Assembly: GCA_964430885.1 (NCBI GenBank) | Contig: CAYSHM010000014.1 | Span: 12,307-76,306, forward strand | Length of the DNA: 64,000 bases | Direction: 5' to 3' | DNA from: an uncultured archaeon | GTDB lineage: Archaea; Thermoplasmatota; Penumbrarchaeia; JASLWR01 | Shown: one piece after another, positions 20,701 to 29,919 of the stretch | Layout: each line of letters starts with the position of its first letter | Numbering within the stretch: position 1 is the first letter of the stretch | Notes under the pieces: model-generated | What the model was told of the DNA's origin: nothing | The model's input: the letters and a program-made list of their open reading frames with translations, nothing else | The model's database searches: none | Made by a program: the position numbers and the translations under genes

Positions 20701-22485
20701 TCAATTGAATTCCTTTGGACTTCCGATACCGACAAGTCATTTACCGGTTCCAGCGAGAAATTTACTTACCAATTACCATCCGGAAACCACCAGATAAGCT
20801 TAAATGTCACAGACCCAACAGGAAGATACACATTGCGAACATGGGATGTGAAGGTAAAGAAAAATATAGCTCCCATAGCTGTTATATCCGGCAGCGCAGT
20901 CAATGGAACTCAATTCTATGTAAAAGAAGAAATTCATTTCAGTGCAGGTGGAAGTTACGACGCAAATCCCGAGCAAGATCTGGATTATTCTTGGTATGCA
21001 AAGAAGATTGATGGGGGGACCAGCGAACTATTTTCAATAGGGAATAAAAAGGATTTTGATCATTCTTTCGATCTTTCTGGTACATACAATATCACTCTGG
21101 AAGTAAATGACGGATCACTGAAAGATGAAAGAAAGTTCGATATAGAAATATTATCACACGGCACCACCGAAAGAGAGCTCAGCCTTAACCTAGGAACTAT
21201 GAACGATGTATTTCTAGATTATCTTATCGTCCATTCAACCTATGAACCGTCCAGCGTTGAAATAACTGATCTGAATCTATTTGAGGAAGAATTACTGATT
21301 AACAGTATTCCGCCTAATCAAACTCATATAGGTGTTGGATTTTCAATTATTCAGAATACCAATAATACCGTTTACGAGGAAACAATAAATATCTCCTATA
21401 GTGGACAGGAAGAGTTCCTAGAGAACATTGATGAAAACTCAATAGCTCTGTATATTCTCAAGAATGAAAATGCTGAAGATGAAAGAAAAAGGGATGAAGA
21501 GAACTATAACTGGATAAAATGCCCAATCCTTGACCACAATACAGAGAAGGACTTTATTTATTCAGCCATACCATTGGGATTTACAGATATGTCTTCGAAA
21601 TTCATGCTGCTGTCTAATTCCTCCTATGGATGGACCAGGGGAGTCAAATTATCATTTGTAGAACCGACAGATCCACTCCAGGCCGATCCCGTTAATACTG
21701 TCATTACCTTGCGTTTTGACAAGCCTGTCCTGTCTAGCTACTTCACAGGCGATAAGGCGGATACAAATGTTGAGATACGGGATGAAAAAGGAAGTAAGGT
21801 CCCCATTTCCTATACCCCTAATTTTGATCCCATTGATCAGACTCTAACCATGAAAGTTGATGAATTTGAATATGATTCGGATTATACGATAATTCTGAAA
21901 CAGTTTATGGACCAGTACCGGAATATCGGAAATGACTATTCCTTACAGCTACATACGATTGAGGAGGACAAACCGGATGAGGGAAATAATTGGCTGTTAT
22001 ATGCAGTAATAGGCGGAGCGGTACTTCTAATTGGAGCAGTGGTCTTATTTATTGTGATCAAGAGAAGAGCACCCGATGAAGATTACGAGGAAGACGTTGT
22101 GGAATATTCCTGTCCAAGATGCGGTGTTGTGGTCCTCAGTGAAGAAAAGGAATGTCCAGAATGCGGTTACGAGCTTACAGAAAAAGAAAAAGGAGAGGAC
22201 ATAATAAAAGCAGAATTCATTGATTGTCCAGATTGCGGTAAAAGAATTGATGAAAAATCCCAAATATGCCCGTTCTGCTCCATTTCATTAGTGGAAGACA
22301 CTGAAGAAGAACTTGAAGAGGAACTGCTGTCCGATGAGATCATAGTCGATGCCGAAGAAGCGGACATCCTTTCAGCACAGGGCTCTGGCGGCGCTCCTAT
22401 GGACATGCCCTGTCCGACTTGCGGAGACATGGTGGAAATGGGTACAGTTGAATGTCCATCCTGCGGTGAGGATCAATTCACATAA
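17716..22485 (+). CDS. Giant cell-surface protein: signal peptide, beta-propeller repeats, PKD domains, Ig-like domain, TM anchor, cytoplasmic zinc ribbons
   Basis: N-terminal hydrophobic leader; repeats such as GLNSNNITDM, LYIATDNGIS, GLPSDDVYEL; PKD motifs ITFDASGTYDPDGD and FSAGGSYD; TM WLLYAVIGGAVLLIGAVVLFIVIKRR; three CxxC...CxxC ribbons. Confidence 0.75.
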   Translation: MLRKVKPSISLLTALLLFFPTMLTVISTTEFQEEFDKNTDSMTITFSEPGEEIIDMSIYSNSTYDYYTFSVHGAQYNGQFPSNISIDIGNDGSWEWNYGKVLGNLHQLDSGLDRYTYDFSDDIKHQNDQSISIPLDADISSASLTLSPKVTTTETMFIDIGQYRSMASTDEELWITAENGGLIKRDIISGYQQVFTNEDGLNNSDISSVAMDSDYVYIGSRTSGVSIYDREADDFSEYRWNSENDLESDVIRHLYSNDDKVFIVTDLAVQVFDKYGEFGSFTEKWDTGNGPDDELINLNIRDIETTATKIYFGSISGLSIYDRNTGLWDYLKVQNGLNSNNITDMVRDGDLLYIATDNGISCYDSINKEILWKSKSQELTGKIVKGLTINDQSLFALVVSTEYSGKDAICSLNKSNGKRNGNIWFSGNSILEGEIIYEINYHMDHLFITTPTGFFDMEFPFETLMKISTTNNQPPSNNIRDFLYDFNEEILYVSTDSGVGRYDPNQNRFLNPWNKIGGLPSDDVYELELIDDVIYIQTKSYGVARWNMEEKIWLEPLDRFSGLLSSSISSIKSHGHMLYISSNKGVDAYNTSSNRIQSSWDARNYFNTTTSDGLQINEISADSQRVFFALSPVYSNIGEMESDGGLWIYDKNEHDWQHFSNSSGVNMTNLSSSYLKSISHSGNHLFLGTDNGINIFDVETSEVTIIDKSTNNEFMGQEIRDLYYDDTEEPKLYISIGPIINNTDMSELGGGLIVMDPDTGSILDYFNITNTDSYMNTLDIQSIERVSDMLYLGSYVKGILRLDLTTLEFLDPTPTIGEKQYPQGVRLDLGDDGITETEINVFKKPVDIDITDDLNEILEFSSNIYQDNSGIENALIPINISLNPMSAGAIILSYINIKFNHYYSIPDISESINSYLENINQTNLTQGESIDRVPIRVKSDTSGKLVLSQPTIIFKFSNPPLINIISPLPKDLGTYYWDTVPITFDASGTYDPDGDSIEFLWTSDTDKSFTGSSEKFTYQLPSGNHQISLNVTDPTGRYTLRTWDVKVKKNIAPIAVISGSAVNGTQFYVKEEIHFSAGGSYDANPEQDLDYSWYAKKIDGGTSELFSIGNKKDFDHSFDLSGTYNITLEVNDGSLKDERKFDIEILSHGTTERELSLNLGTMNDVFLDYLIVHSTYEPSSVEITDLNLFEEELLINSIPPNQTHIGVGFSIIQNTNNTVYEETINISYSGQEEFLENIDENSIALYILKNENAEDERKRDEENYNWIKCPILDHNTEKDFIYSAIPLGFTDMSSKFMLLSNSSYGWTRGVKLSFVEPTDPLQADPVNTVITLRFDKPVLSSYFTGDKADTNVEIRDEKGSKVPISYTPNFDPIDQTLTMKVDEFEYDSDYTIILKQFMDQYRNIGNDYSLQLHTIEEDKPDEGNNWLLYAVIGGAVLLIGAVVLFIVIKRRAPDEDYEEDVVEYSCPRCGVVVLSEEKECPECGYELTEKEKGEDIIKAEFIDCPDCGKRIDEKSQICPFCSISLVEDTEEELEEELLSDEIIVDAEEADILSAQGSGGAPMDMPCPTCGDMVEMGTVECPSCGEDQFT

Positions 22486-22536
22486 GGGTAAATATTAATA
22501 TCAAATTCCCTTCAACTTAACTTAATGAAGTCCTGC

Positions 22537-22728
22537 TTAAGGCCTCTCGTTCATATAGAGTTCAATGAGCTCAATATTGTTGCTCTTATCGGTCTCAAGT
22601 ATATTGTTGCCTCTGTCAACCTCCAGGACAAAACGGTTAGTGCCGTTCATCTGGGTTGCCTCGATTTTAATGCGATTCGAACTAATAAAGGATGTTCTTT
22701 GAGATGGAAATTCAGAATTTTGATTCAA
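22537..22728 (-). pseudogene. CARDB-like Ig-domain fragment (gene relic or tiny ORF)
   Basis: FVLEVDRGNNILETDKSNN resembles the CARDB C-terminal motif VDPxNxIxExxExNN; no full domain or signal peptide. Confidence 0.4.
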
Positions 22729-23846
22729 AATTGATTTTAAGGGAAGGGGGATCCTTTTTCATCGGAAATCTGTCAACTGCCTGCCAAATGTGCGGTGAAG
22801 GAGGGAAAATGGTCCTACTGATCACAGGTAAATGCAGAAAAAAATGCTTTTACTGTCCCCTATCTGATAAAAAAATCGGAAGGGATGTGATTTATGCTAA
22901 TGAAAAGAATGTTGAATCTATTGAGGAAATCCTTGAGGAAGCCGAGTTAATGGAGGCCGTTGGTACCGGTATCACAGGTGGAGAACCCTTGGAAGTGTTG
23001 GAGAGGGTAATTAAATACATAAAGATAATTAAAAAAGTATTCGGTATTCACCATAATATTCATATGTACACTTCAAAACCTCCCTCCGAACCTGTTTTGG
23101 TATCATTGAAAGAAGCAGGATTGGATGAAATAAGATACCATATACCTCCAGAAAAATGGCGCCATGAAAAATTGGCCAAGAGTCAATGGGTCCTAGCTAT
23201 CGAAAATGCAAAGGGTCTTGACCTAAAGGTTTCCATAGAAGTACCGTGTATCCCTGACATGCATGAAGGTCTGTTGGACCTGTGTTATTTTGCAGAACAG
23301 TATTATGTGGACCATATAAACCTGAATGAACTGGAGATCAACCACGTTAATTTCGAAGCGATGATAAATAAGGGATATTTCAAGGAAGTTGACTACCTGA
23401 GCAAGGTGAAGGGGTCCAAATCTACTGCTATTCGGGTTTTGAACGCTTTATCATCAGATAGTAATGGATTGAATATTCATTTCTGCTCAGCTAGATTTAA
23501 GGACAGTGTACAACTGAAAAAGAGACTCGGCCGCCGTGCTGTGAATATTAAAAAACCATTTCAGGAGATAACAGAGGATAACACTCTTCTGACGGGTATA
23601 ATTGAATGTCCCCCTACCAAAACGAATATTGATCTAATGAAAAGCAGATTTGATATTCCTGATGAAATGATCAATGCAGACCCGGAAGGTAAATATACTG
23701 AAACCGCCTGGTATATTGTCAAAGAGATCTGGCCATACATCGAATACCGCTGTGCAGTGATAGAAACATATCCAACACATGATAGGATGGAAGTAGAAAG
23801 AGAACTTTTAGGTTCAGACCTTGCAGAAAACAACCAATCTGATTAA
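22704..23846 (+). CDS. Archaeal radical SAM protein (COG2108-like)
   Basis: LSTACQMCGEGGKMVLLITGKCRKKCFYCPLS, GITGGEPL, AGLDEIRYH, LNELE, HFCSARFKDSVQL. Confidence 0.85.
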   Translation: MEIQNFDSKLILREGGSFFIGNLSTACQMCGEGGKMVLLITGKCRKKCFYCPLSDKKIGRDVIYANEKNVESIEEILEEAELMEAVGTGITGGEPLEVLERVIKYIKIIKKVFGIHHNIHMYTSKPPSEPVLVSLKEAGLDEIRYHIPPEKWRHEKLAKSQWVLAIENAKGLDLKVSIEVPCIPDMHEGLLDLCYFAEQYYVDHINLNELEINHVNFEAMINKGYFKEVDYLSKVKGSKSTAIRVLNALSSDSNGLNIHFCSARFKDSVQLKKRLGRRAVNIKKPFQEITEDNTLLTGIIECPPTKTNIDLMKSRFDIPDEMINADPEGKYTETAWYIVKEIWPYIEYRCAVIETYPTHDRMEVERELLGSDLAENNQSD

Positions 23847-24428
23847 TGATTGTATCATGGTTATTCCTAAATAACCACGATTGAAGTAAAAACTATCCTG
23901 TATCGGGCAATGATATTATTCATAGGATTCATATTAAAAGAAATATACCTGTATGAATTTAGTGACTATGCAAATATTCATTATGAAAATTAATCTGGAA
24001 AGATTTATAATTTTTCTGAACAATATTAAAGACAGTATGCATTGAATTTTTTATCGGTTAGATTATATTTCTTTAAATACAAAAAAACCTGAGCGAATCA
24101 GTTATGCTTACAAAAAAGGTCAAGACTGGCAGGAATAAATTTGTCGGGACTTGAAATGAATATCTAAATCAAAGAACAAATCTAATATAATATCTAATCA
24201 ATGAAGGAAAAAGATTTAAAATATATATTGATTATAGCTATTCCCACTATACTGATATCATGGAATATCTATTGAAGCAATATATTAAATTGGACTATGA
24301 GAAATATCCGATTTGATTATTGCTCAAGATATACTGCAGAGTGACCTCCGCATTCCATATGAATTTGGTATATGTAATAGAATAAAAACAACCGCTGATA
24401 TAAATCAATTTAATAGGATCGATGAGGT

Positions 24429-27400
24429 GTGATGAATATGAAGAAGGTATTTCTAAGCCTGTTATTGACTGTGATTGTCGGAATTTTGATTGGATCCAAT
24501 ATGATATTGCCTAGCTCATGCGATGAAAAAGAGAACCAAACCATTGAGATTATGGATATTAACAACGAGCAGGACATATCAGCGGTTCAGGAGATCAGTT
24601 CCCAGGATGTTGAATCTCTAAATGGAGAAGAGGAAATTCCAATAGCTTATGATGAACTAGTTGCCCAAAAAGAAATCCCAAATAAAGACTCCTCGGAAGA
24701 ACAGGTCAAAGAAGAAACGCCCCTTAATGATCACACTGTATCTGAATATCCAATGGTAGATAATGAAATCAACTCAGAAGATGAGATGCGACCACATCCA
24801 CTCCTCAACCCAGATGGAAGTCTTGATGAAGTAGCATTTAACAACTGGAAAACGGAACTTCAGGAAAGAAATGATAAAATCAGCAATCCAGAACCAAAAC
24901 ATGATTCAAGATTTGTAGTAGTGTCCCAGACAGGGATTGTATTCAGTTATCCAAATGACTGGCCTCAGGTAATGTATCTTGAAGAATACACTATTGTAGG
25001 TGCGCTTTATGAGGATTCCAATGAGAACGGCCTTTGGAACACCCAGGAACCCGGAGTACCCAATGCCCCAGTCCATGTATACTGGGGAGCTGGAACTACA
25101 AGGGAAATAATGCCTGATGGAGAGGTTCCCCTTACCGGATCCGCTGCGGGCAATAGAGGAATTTTTAGAGCATCATGGAATATCACAGAAACACAGGAAG
25201 GGCCTCATAGACTGAATTTCACATATAACGGTGAATACACTTTCAACGGAAGCGCATTTTACGAACATAACCCCGGCACACAAGTACCCGGAGAAGCTTG
25301 GTTGGCTAGGGCCGCATCAACGTGGCCCCCTGCACCTCAGGAAGATTTTGAGGCGGAAATTTGGCACCAGGTTTCAATCGATGTGGATATTGGATCACCG
25401 GATATTGATGATATCTATGTTGGTGACCAACTTACAGTGAATGGAAATCTTCAGGATAGAGATCTAGGATGGGGACTCAGCACAAGGGCAGTACATATCA
25501 AATTCGACGCTAACTATGTAACACCGGATGACAGCCAGGTGCCTTATGAAATGACTTCATCAACTGGAACATTCTCATTTCAATGGACGATTCCAGCAGT
25601 TATCTCACCTGGCATTCATACCCTATCAATAGAATATAAATGGGATTTTATCGACCCCGATTCAGGGGAATACATTAATGATTACTATGTATCTAACTCA
25701 TCATCCATCCAATTTGGAATACATCGTAATCTTCATTTTGAGGTTGAAGACAAAGTGGTGTACAGGACAGACACTATTAACATATCCGGACGTATTCTAG
25801 ACGACGTTGGTGAAGGGCCGGACACAATAATTGGAAATACCACGTTCCGATATGAGATTATGATCGAATGGGGCGATCCAAGTGATCCATACTACGAATC
25901 AGGTGACACCAATCCTGACCTTTTAATAAGAACTGGCTCACAGAGCGGCGACAGCTATCTCTATTCATCAGGTGAATTCAGCACTGACTTCAGAATTAAA
26001 GAAAGCCAGCCCTTGACCCTGGTCAAGGTCACATTCAATTTCAGATTGGCACGTGACAATCCTTTAGATTATATGTACTACGGAGAAGTATCGGACTATG
26101 TCATGTATACGGTTAAAGCTAGGACAGTTATTGAACTGAAGGTTGTTGACGATGAGGACGGCGAAGAACTGACCGAACTCACAAGGACCGGCCCCGCTAG
26201 CACATTTCAGATCGTGGCAACTCTATTGGATAAAGATCTTCTGGAAAAAGCTGGTCAGATAAGTCCCATTCAGGGTGCTACTATTAGCCTAGATGGAACC
26301 ATCGGAGGTAAAGGACTAACCGGATCAGGCGCCACTATCGGCAGTTACACTACTGACGCTTTGGGTAGAATTTCAGTCAGTCAGAAATTGGACATTTTTG
26401 ATCCTACAGGTCCTCTTCTCCTCAGAGCCATATTCAATGGAAATCAGTGGCATGAAGGATTTGACACTGATGGTTATGATGAAGAAGGAAACTATTACGG
26501 ATTGGTTGTGGATATCACAGCAACCACAACTATAGAAATTGAACCTGGTTCGGGTATCAAAGGCGAGAATGTAGTGATTAAGGGTAAGCTCAAAGACGAT
26601 ACTGGCCTTGAGGGCGTGGCTAATGAGACCATCAATTTTTTCTGGAAGAAAACAAGATTTGCTGATGACGGTTCATCCATCGGTTCAGTAAAAACAGATC
26701 AGTATGGAAAATTCATCTTTACAGGATTCCAGATCCCTAAGACACAATTCGTGGGTGTTGCCTATGTGAAAGGTAAGTTCACCGGGTCCAGCAAGGTTCT
26801 CCATACCAAGGATAAAAAAATGCACTACACATTGGATGATGCATATGCGGCCTCCGAATCCAGCGAGGTGAAATTCAATGTATCGGCATATATCCATATT
26901 TCAATCGACCCAAGTATACTGAACGGTTCTACCTATACTAGAGGAGAAACTATTACAATAAGCGGTGGAATAGAAGAGATGTTCCAGGGCAAGGTTCAAT
27001 ATCCCAAAACCTATGTCAAGAACATCAGAATAAATGCATATTTCCAGAGCGAAGGCGGCAACTCATCACAGAAATTCATGCTGTCCGGGACATCATCAGA
27101 TAATTACGGGCAATACGACCTGGGTGCAACAGTACCTGAGAGCCTCTCACCGGGTGTTTATCTTCTGAAAATGCACTTCCAATCCAATGAATCAGAGGAA
27201 AACAAGAAATATCTTACAAAATCTGAATATCTCGATTCAAGGAGAATATTTGTCACCACTGATACAGAGATCGATGTTTTGGAACATCCTCCCGATATTG
27301 ATCCTGAGTTAAGCAATGGTATTGACATCGGTTACACCAAATCAGATAAAGAGGAGAGCGGTTACCGGTTTGTGGTACTTTTGAGGGAGAAAAACACTCT

Positions 27401-28271
27401 TTCAGTAGAACCAGTACCAATATCAAATCAAAAGATTACCCTTACTATAAAACTCAGGGATGAGAACGGTGTAAATTATATCAATGAGACTACAAGAACA
27501 ACCGATGACAACGGAAAGGCCATATTCAATTTCACCCATTTCCAGCACCGTGATGGAGCCCGAATCACCATTGAAGGTCTAAGTGCCGATGGTAATTGGT
27601 ATCTTTCGTTCCCTGGCAAAAATATACCCCAAACCATTGAGGGGAAAACTTCCAAGGGCTGGATAGGTAGTACCTATCCCGCAGACCTTCAAAGAAATCA
27701 GGAGAAGATACATTTCGAAGAGAAGCCCATAGTTTATCCACCACCTGAATTCCCCGAATTGGATTGGTGGTTGGAAAACTCGGCCGCCCTGGTAGGATTG
27801 ATATTATTCATACTGCTTCTCATCGCAGGTATGATACTGTTAGCCCTTTACATCAGAAAGCGCAGAAGGATCGCAGGAATCAAACGTATCATCAAGAGAG
27901 CTGCCGATCAGCTTGTTGCTGGCAACGAATATACTGCAGTTATCTTCAAGTCATACCAGAAATTAGGTTATCATCTAAGGAAATATGGTTATCTTAGACG
28001 TGAAGCAGAAACATTCCGTGAATTTGAAGATGCTGTGAGAGAAGCCTTACCCATTGATAAAGCCAGCCTTAATAGGTTCCTCACCATACTCGAGGAAGCC
28101 CGTTACAGCTCCCATGAAATTGGAGAGAGACAGAGGGATGGTGCAGTTACTGAACTGAGGAATATTGAGAGCTCTCTCAGCTCCATACAGCTGGATGACG
28201 ATGAGGCTATGAAGAAACTCGAAGAGACCGAAGAAGAGTTCGTGGAAACTGAGATCCTTCTGAATAAATAA
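24429..28271 (+). CDS. Large membrane-anchored Ig-repeat surface protein with C-terminal DUF4129 domain
   Basis: Signal peptide; SdrD-B-like GALYEDSNENGLWNTQEPGV; repeated GxLxDxxG/TDxxGxF Ig units; TM; DUF4129-like YQKL...RREAETFREF...LEEARYS. Confidence 0.75.
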   Translation: MMNMKKVFLSLLLTVIVGILIGSNMILPSSCDEKENQTIEIMDINNEQDISAVQEISSQDVESLNGEEEIPIAYDELVAQKEIPNKDSSEEQVKEETPLNDHTVSEYPMVDNEINSEDEMRPHPLLNPDGSLDEVAFNNWKTELQERNDKISNPEPKHDSRFVVVSQTGIVFSYPNDWPQVMYLEEYTIVGALYEDSNENGLWNTQEPGVPNAPVHVYWGAGTTREIMPDGEVPLTGSAAGNRGIFRASWNITETQEGPHRLNFTYNGEYTFNGSAFYEHNPGTQVPGEAWLARAASTWPPAPQEDFEAEIWHQVSIDVDIGSPDIDDIYVGDQLTVNGNLQDRDLGWGLSTRAVHIKFDANYVTPDDSQVPYEMTSSTGTFSFQWTIPAVISPGIHTLSIEYKWDFIDPDSGEYINDYYVSNSSSIQFGIHRNLHFEVEDKVVYRTDTINISGRILDDVGEGPDTIIGNTTFRYEIMIEWGDPSDPYYESGDTNPDLLIRTGSQSGDSYLYSSGEFSTDFRIKESQPLTLVKVTFNFRLARDNPLDYMYYGEVSDYVMYTVKARTVIELKVVDDEDGEELTELTRTGPASTFQIVATLLDKDLLEKAGQISPIQGATISLDGTIGGKGLTGSGATIGSYTTDALGRISVSQKLDIFDPTGPLLLRAIFNGNQWHEGFDTDGYDEEGNYYGLVVDITATTTIEIEPGSGIKGENVVIKGKLKDDTGLEGVANETINFFWKKTRFADDGSSIGSVKTDQYGKFIFTGFQIPKTQFVGVAYVKGKFTGSSKVLHTKDKKMHYTLDDAYAASESSEVKFNVSAYIHISIDPSILNGSTYTRGETITISGGIEEMFQGKVQYPKTYVKNIRINAYFQSEGGNSSQKFMLSGTSSDNYGQYDLGATVPESLSPGVYLLKMHFQSNESEENKKYLTKSEYLDSRRIFVTTDTEIDVLEHPPDIDPELSNGIDIGYTKSDKEESGYRFVVLLREKNTLSVEPVPISNQKITLTIKLRDENGVNYINETTRTTDDNGKAIFNFTHFQHRDGARITIEGLSADGNWYLSFPGKNIPQTIEGKTSKGWIGSTYPADLQRNQEKIHFEEKPIVYPPPEFPELDWWLENSAALVGLILFILLLIAGMILLALYIRKRRRIAGIKRIIKRAADQLVAGNEYTAVIFKSYQKLGYHLRKYGYLRREAETFREFEDAVREALPIDKASLNRFLTILEEARYSSHEIGERQRDGAVTELRNIESSLSSIQLDDDEAMKKLEETEEEFVETEILLNK

Positions 28272-28339
28272 AGAGGGGATTCAAGCCACATTGGAGTTTA
28301 ACTCCCCCATCGGAACAAACTTGACAAGAGATTGCGTAG

Positions 28340-28372
28340 AAAGGGATTCAAACTGGGATCCCTTTATTTTTC
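28340..28372 (+). terminator. Hairpin plus T-tract downstream of the DUF4129 gene
   Basis: AAAGGGATTC-aaactg-GGATCCCTTT (10-bp stem with one G-U pair) followed by ATTTTTTC. Confidence 0.5.
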
Positions 28373-28458
28373 ATATTGATTTCATTCAATATTATTTTCA
28401 TTGGTTTATAGGATTTGGACCAGCTTTGTGAAACAGCATAACAGGAGATGTGGGGTAA

Positions 28459-29877
28459 ATGATTTTGGAGATCGATGAATTGGTAAAACGATTATACCAA
28501 TGGGGTCAGGGGGGAAGCTCTCCTCCAATTATGTGTAAATTATTTTTCTTCCATCTGTCTAATGAAGATAAAAAAGAAGAGTATGGTATTTCGGTAAAGA
28601 AAAACAATGAAGGAAAAAAACTTGAGAATGATTCTGTTCGATCCCAATACGGCGAGGATGAAATGCTGGGACTATTAAAACACCTTCGAAGCATTGGTGT
28701 TAGACATTTCAAATTATTAGTTGACAATGATAATTTTTATTCTACTCAATACCTAATTAGAACGGTAGAATTATTAAAAGAAAGCGGAGCTGAGTTAACA
28801 ATATCCTCAAGGGGTTTGGAACTTAGTAAGAATGATGTGAAAGAACTAGTTATGGCAGGAGTTAACAGTTTTGAATTTCAGGTTTTCGGCCATGATGAGA
28901 ATACACATTTTGCAGGAAATGTGAAGAACGGCAATTGGAGAAGAATCGATGAAACATTGAACCATTTAAATCATTTTCTTACTGAGAGAAAAGACAATCA
29001 AATAGGTGTCCACATTCACATTGGTCTTACGAATAATAACTGGAACAAAATCCCTAATATCATCCGATATTCACTCAGAAAGAACATCGATAGTATAAAC
29101 TGGTTTGTCCTAGATAAATCCATAAACAGTCAATATGAAATTCCAAAAATCAAACACAGAAAAGATTTACTGCTGATGAAAGATGATCTCATAAATATGT
29201 GCTCACTTTATGGATTGAAAAATAACTTGGATCATGTACTGACCGACAGACTGCTATTTCAGAAACGCGATGACAAACAGACAATCAAGAGCGAATCTAA
29301 GAGCCCTCGGAAGCACCATCAGTTCGAAAATATAATATCCCGATTTAAAAATAGATTCACAGAAATGGATGAATCATTTATTCGGTTCGCAATTCAGCAG
29401 AGCTATCAAGTGTGGTACTGTATGAACCTGGGGCCTGAAGGTTTTCTTATTCCCTCAATAGATCATTTTGTTATTTATAGACCCATAGATCCATCTACTG
29501 AAGTTCTGGAAAAGCTTTGGTTCGGTGGATCATTTGAAATTGAAAGGGAAAGACAGTTGAAAGAATTTTCCAACAATGCTATTGATAACGACCTAATTAA
29601 GATAAAGGAGATCCAAAGTAGACTGTTAAAGAATTGGGCTAAGGAAAAGAAGATGAAACCCCAGAACCTTCTGAATCACGAGAACATTGTTAAAGAATAC
29701 AAGAACCGGGAGATAAAGACCCAGATGAATATATTGGACAAGGATATTGAATGGCTTGAGAACAAGAAAAAGGATCTTGATAATCGAATCGAATTATATG
29801 GAGTAGATAAATATACGATAGACAATCTTAGTAAATCCCACACTTTTAAAATCGCTAAAACTATTTTCAGATTGTGA
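28459..29877 (+). CDS. Degenerate radical SAM/SPASM-fold protein lacking Fe-S cysteines, C-terminal coiled coil
   Basis: Barrel motifs are recognisable (ISSRG for TNG, FGHDENTH, TNNNWNKIPNII, LEKLWFGGSF) but CxxxCxxC is absent. Confidence 0.55.
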   Translation: MILEIDELVKRLYQWGQGGSSPPIMCKLFFFHLSNEDKKEEYGISVKKNNEGKKLENDSVRSQYGEDEMLGLLKHLRSIGVRHFKLLVDNDNFYSTQYLIRTVELLKESGAELTISSRGLELSKNDVKELVMAGVNSFEFQVFGHDENTHFAGNVKNGNWRRIDETLNHLNHFLTERKDNQIGVHIHIGLTNNNWNKIPNIIRYSLRKNIDSINWFVLDKSINSQYEIPKIKHRKDLLLMKDDLINMCSLYGLKNNLDHVLTDRLLFQKRDDKQTIKSESKSPRKHHQFENIISRFKNRFTEMDESFIRFAIQQSYQVWYCMNLGPEGFLIPSIDHFVIYRPIDPSTEVLEKLWFGGSFEIERERQLKEFSNNAIDNDLIKIKEIQSRLLKNWAKEKKMKPQNLLNHENIVKEYKNREIKTQMNILDKDIEWLENKKKDLDNRIELYGVDKYTIDNLSKSHTFKIAKTIFRL

Positions 29878-29919
29878 TAATTCAACAGACCATGTTCAAA
29901 AAATTAATGAGGTTTTTTT

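Noticed and set aside
23847-24428. 580-bp AT-rich intergenic region as a replication origin or hidden gene
   Set aside because: No ORB-like repeats, no adjacent cdc6/orc1 and no credible ORF; only a weak AATATCTAA(A)TCAA duplication.
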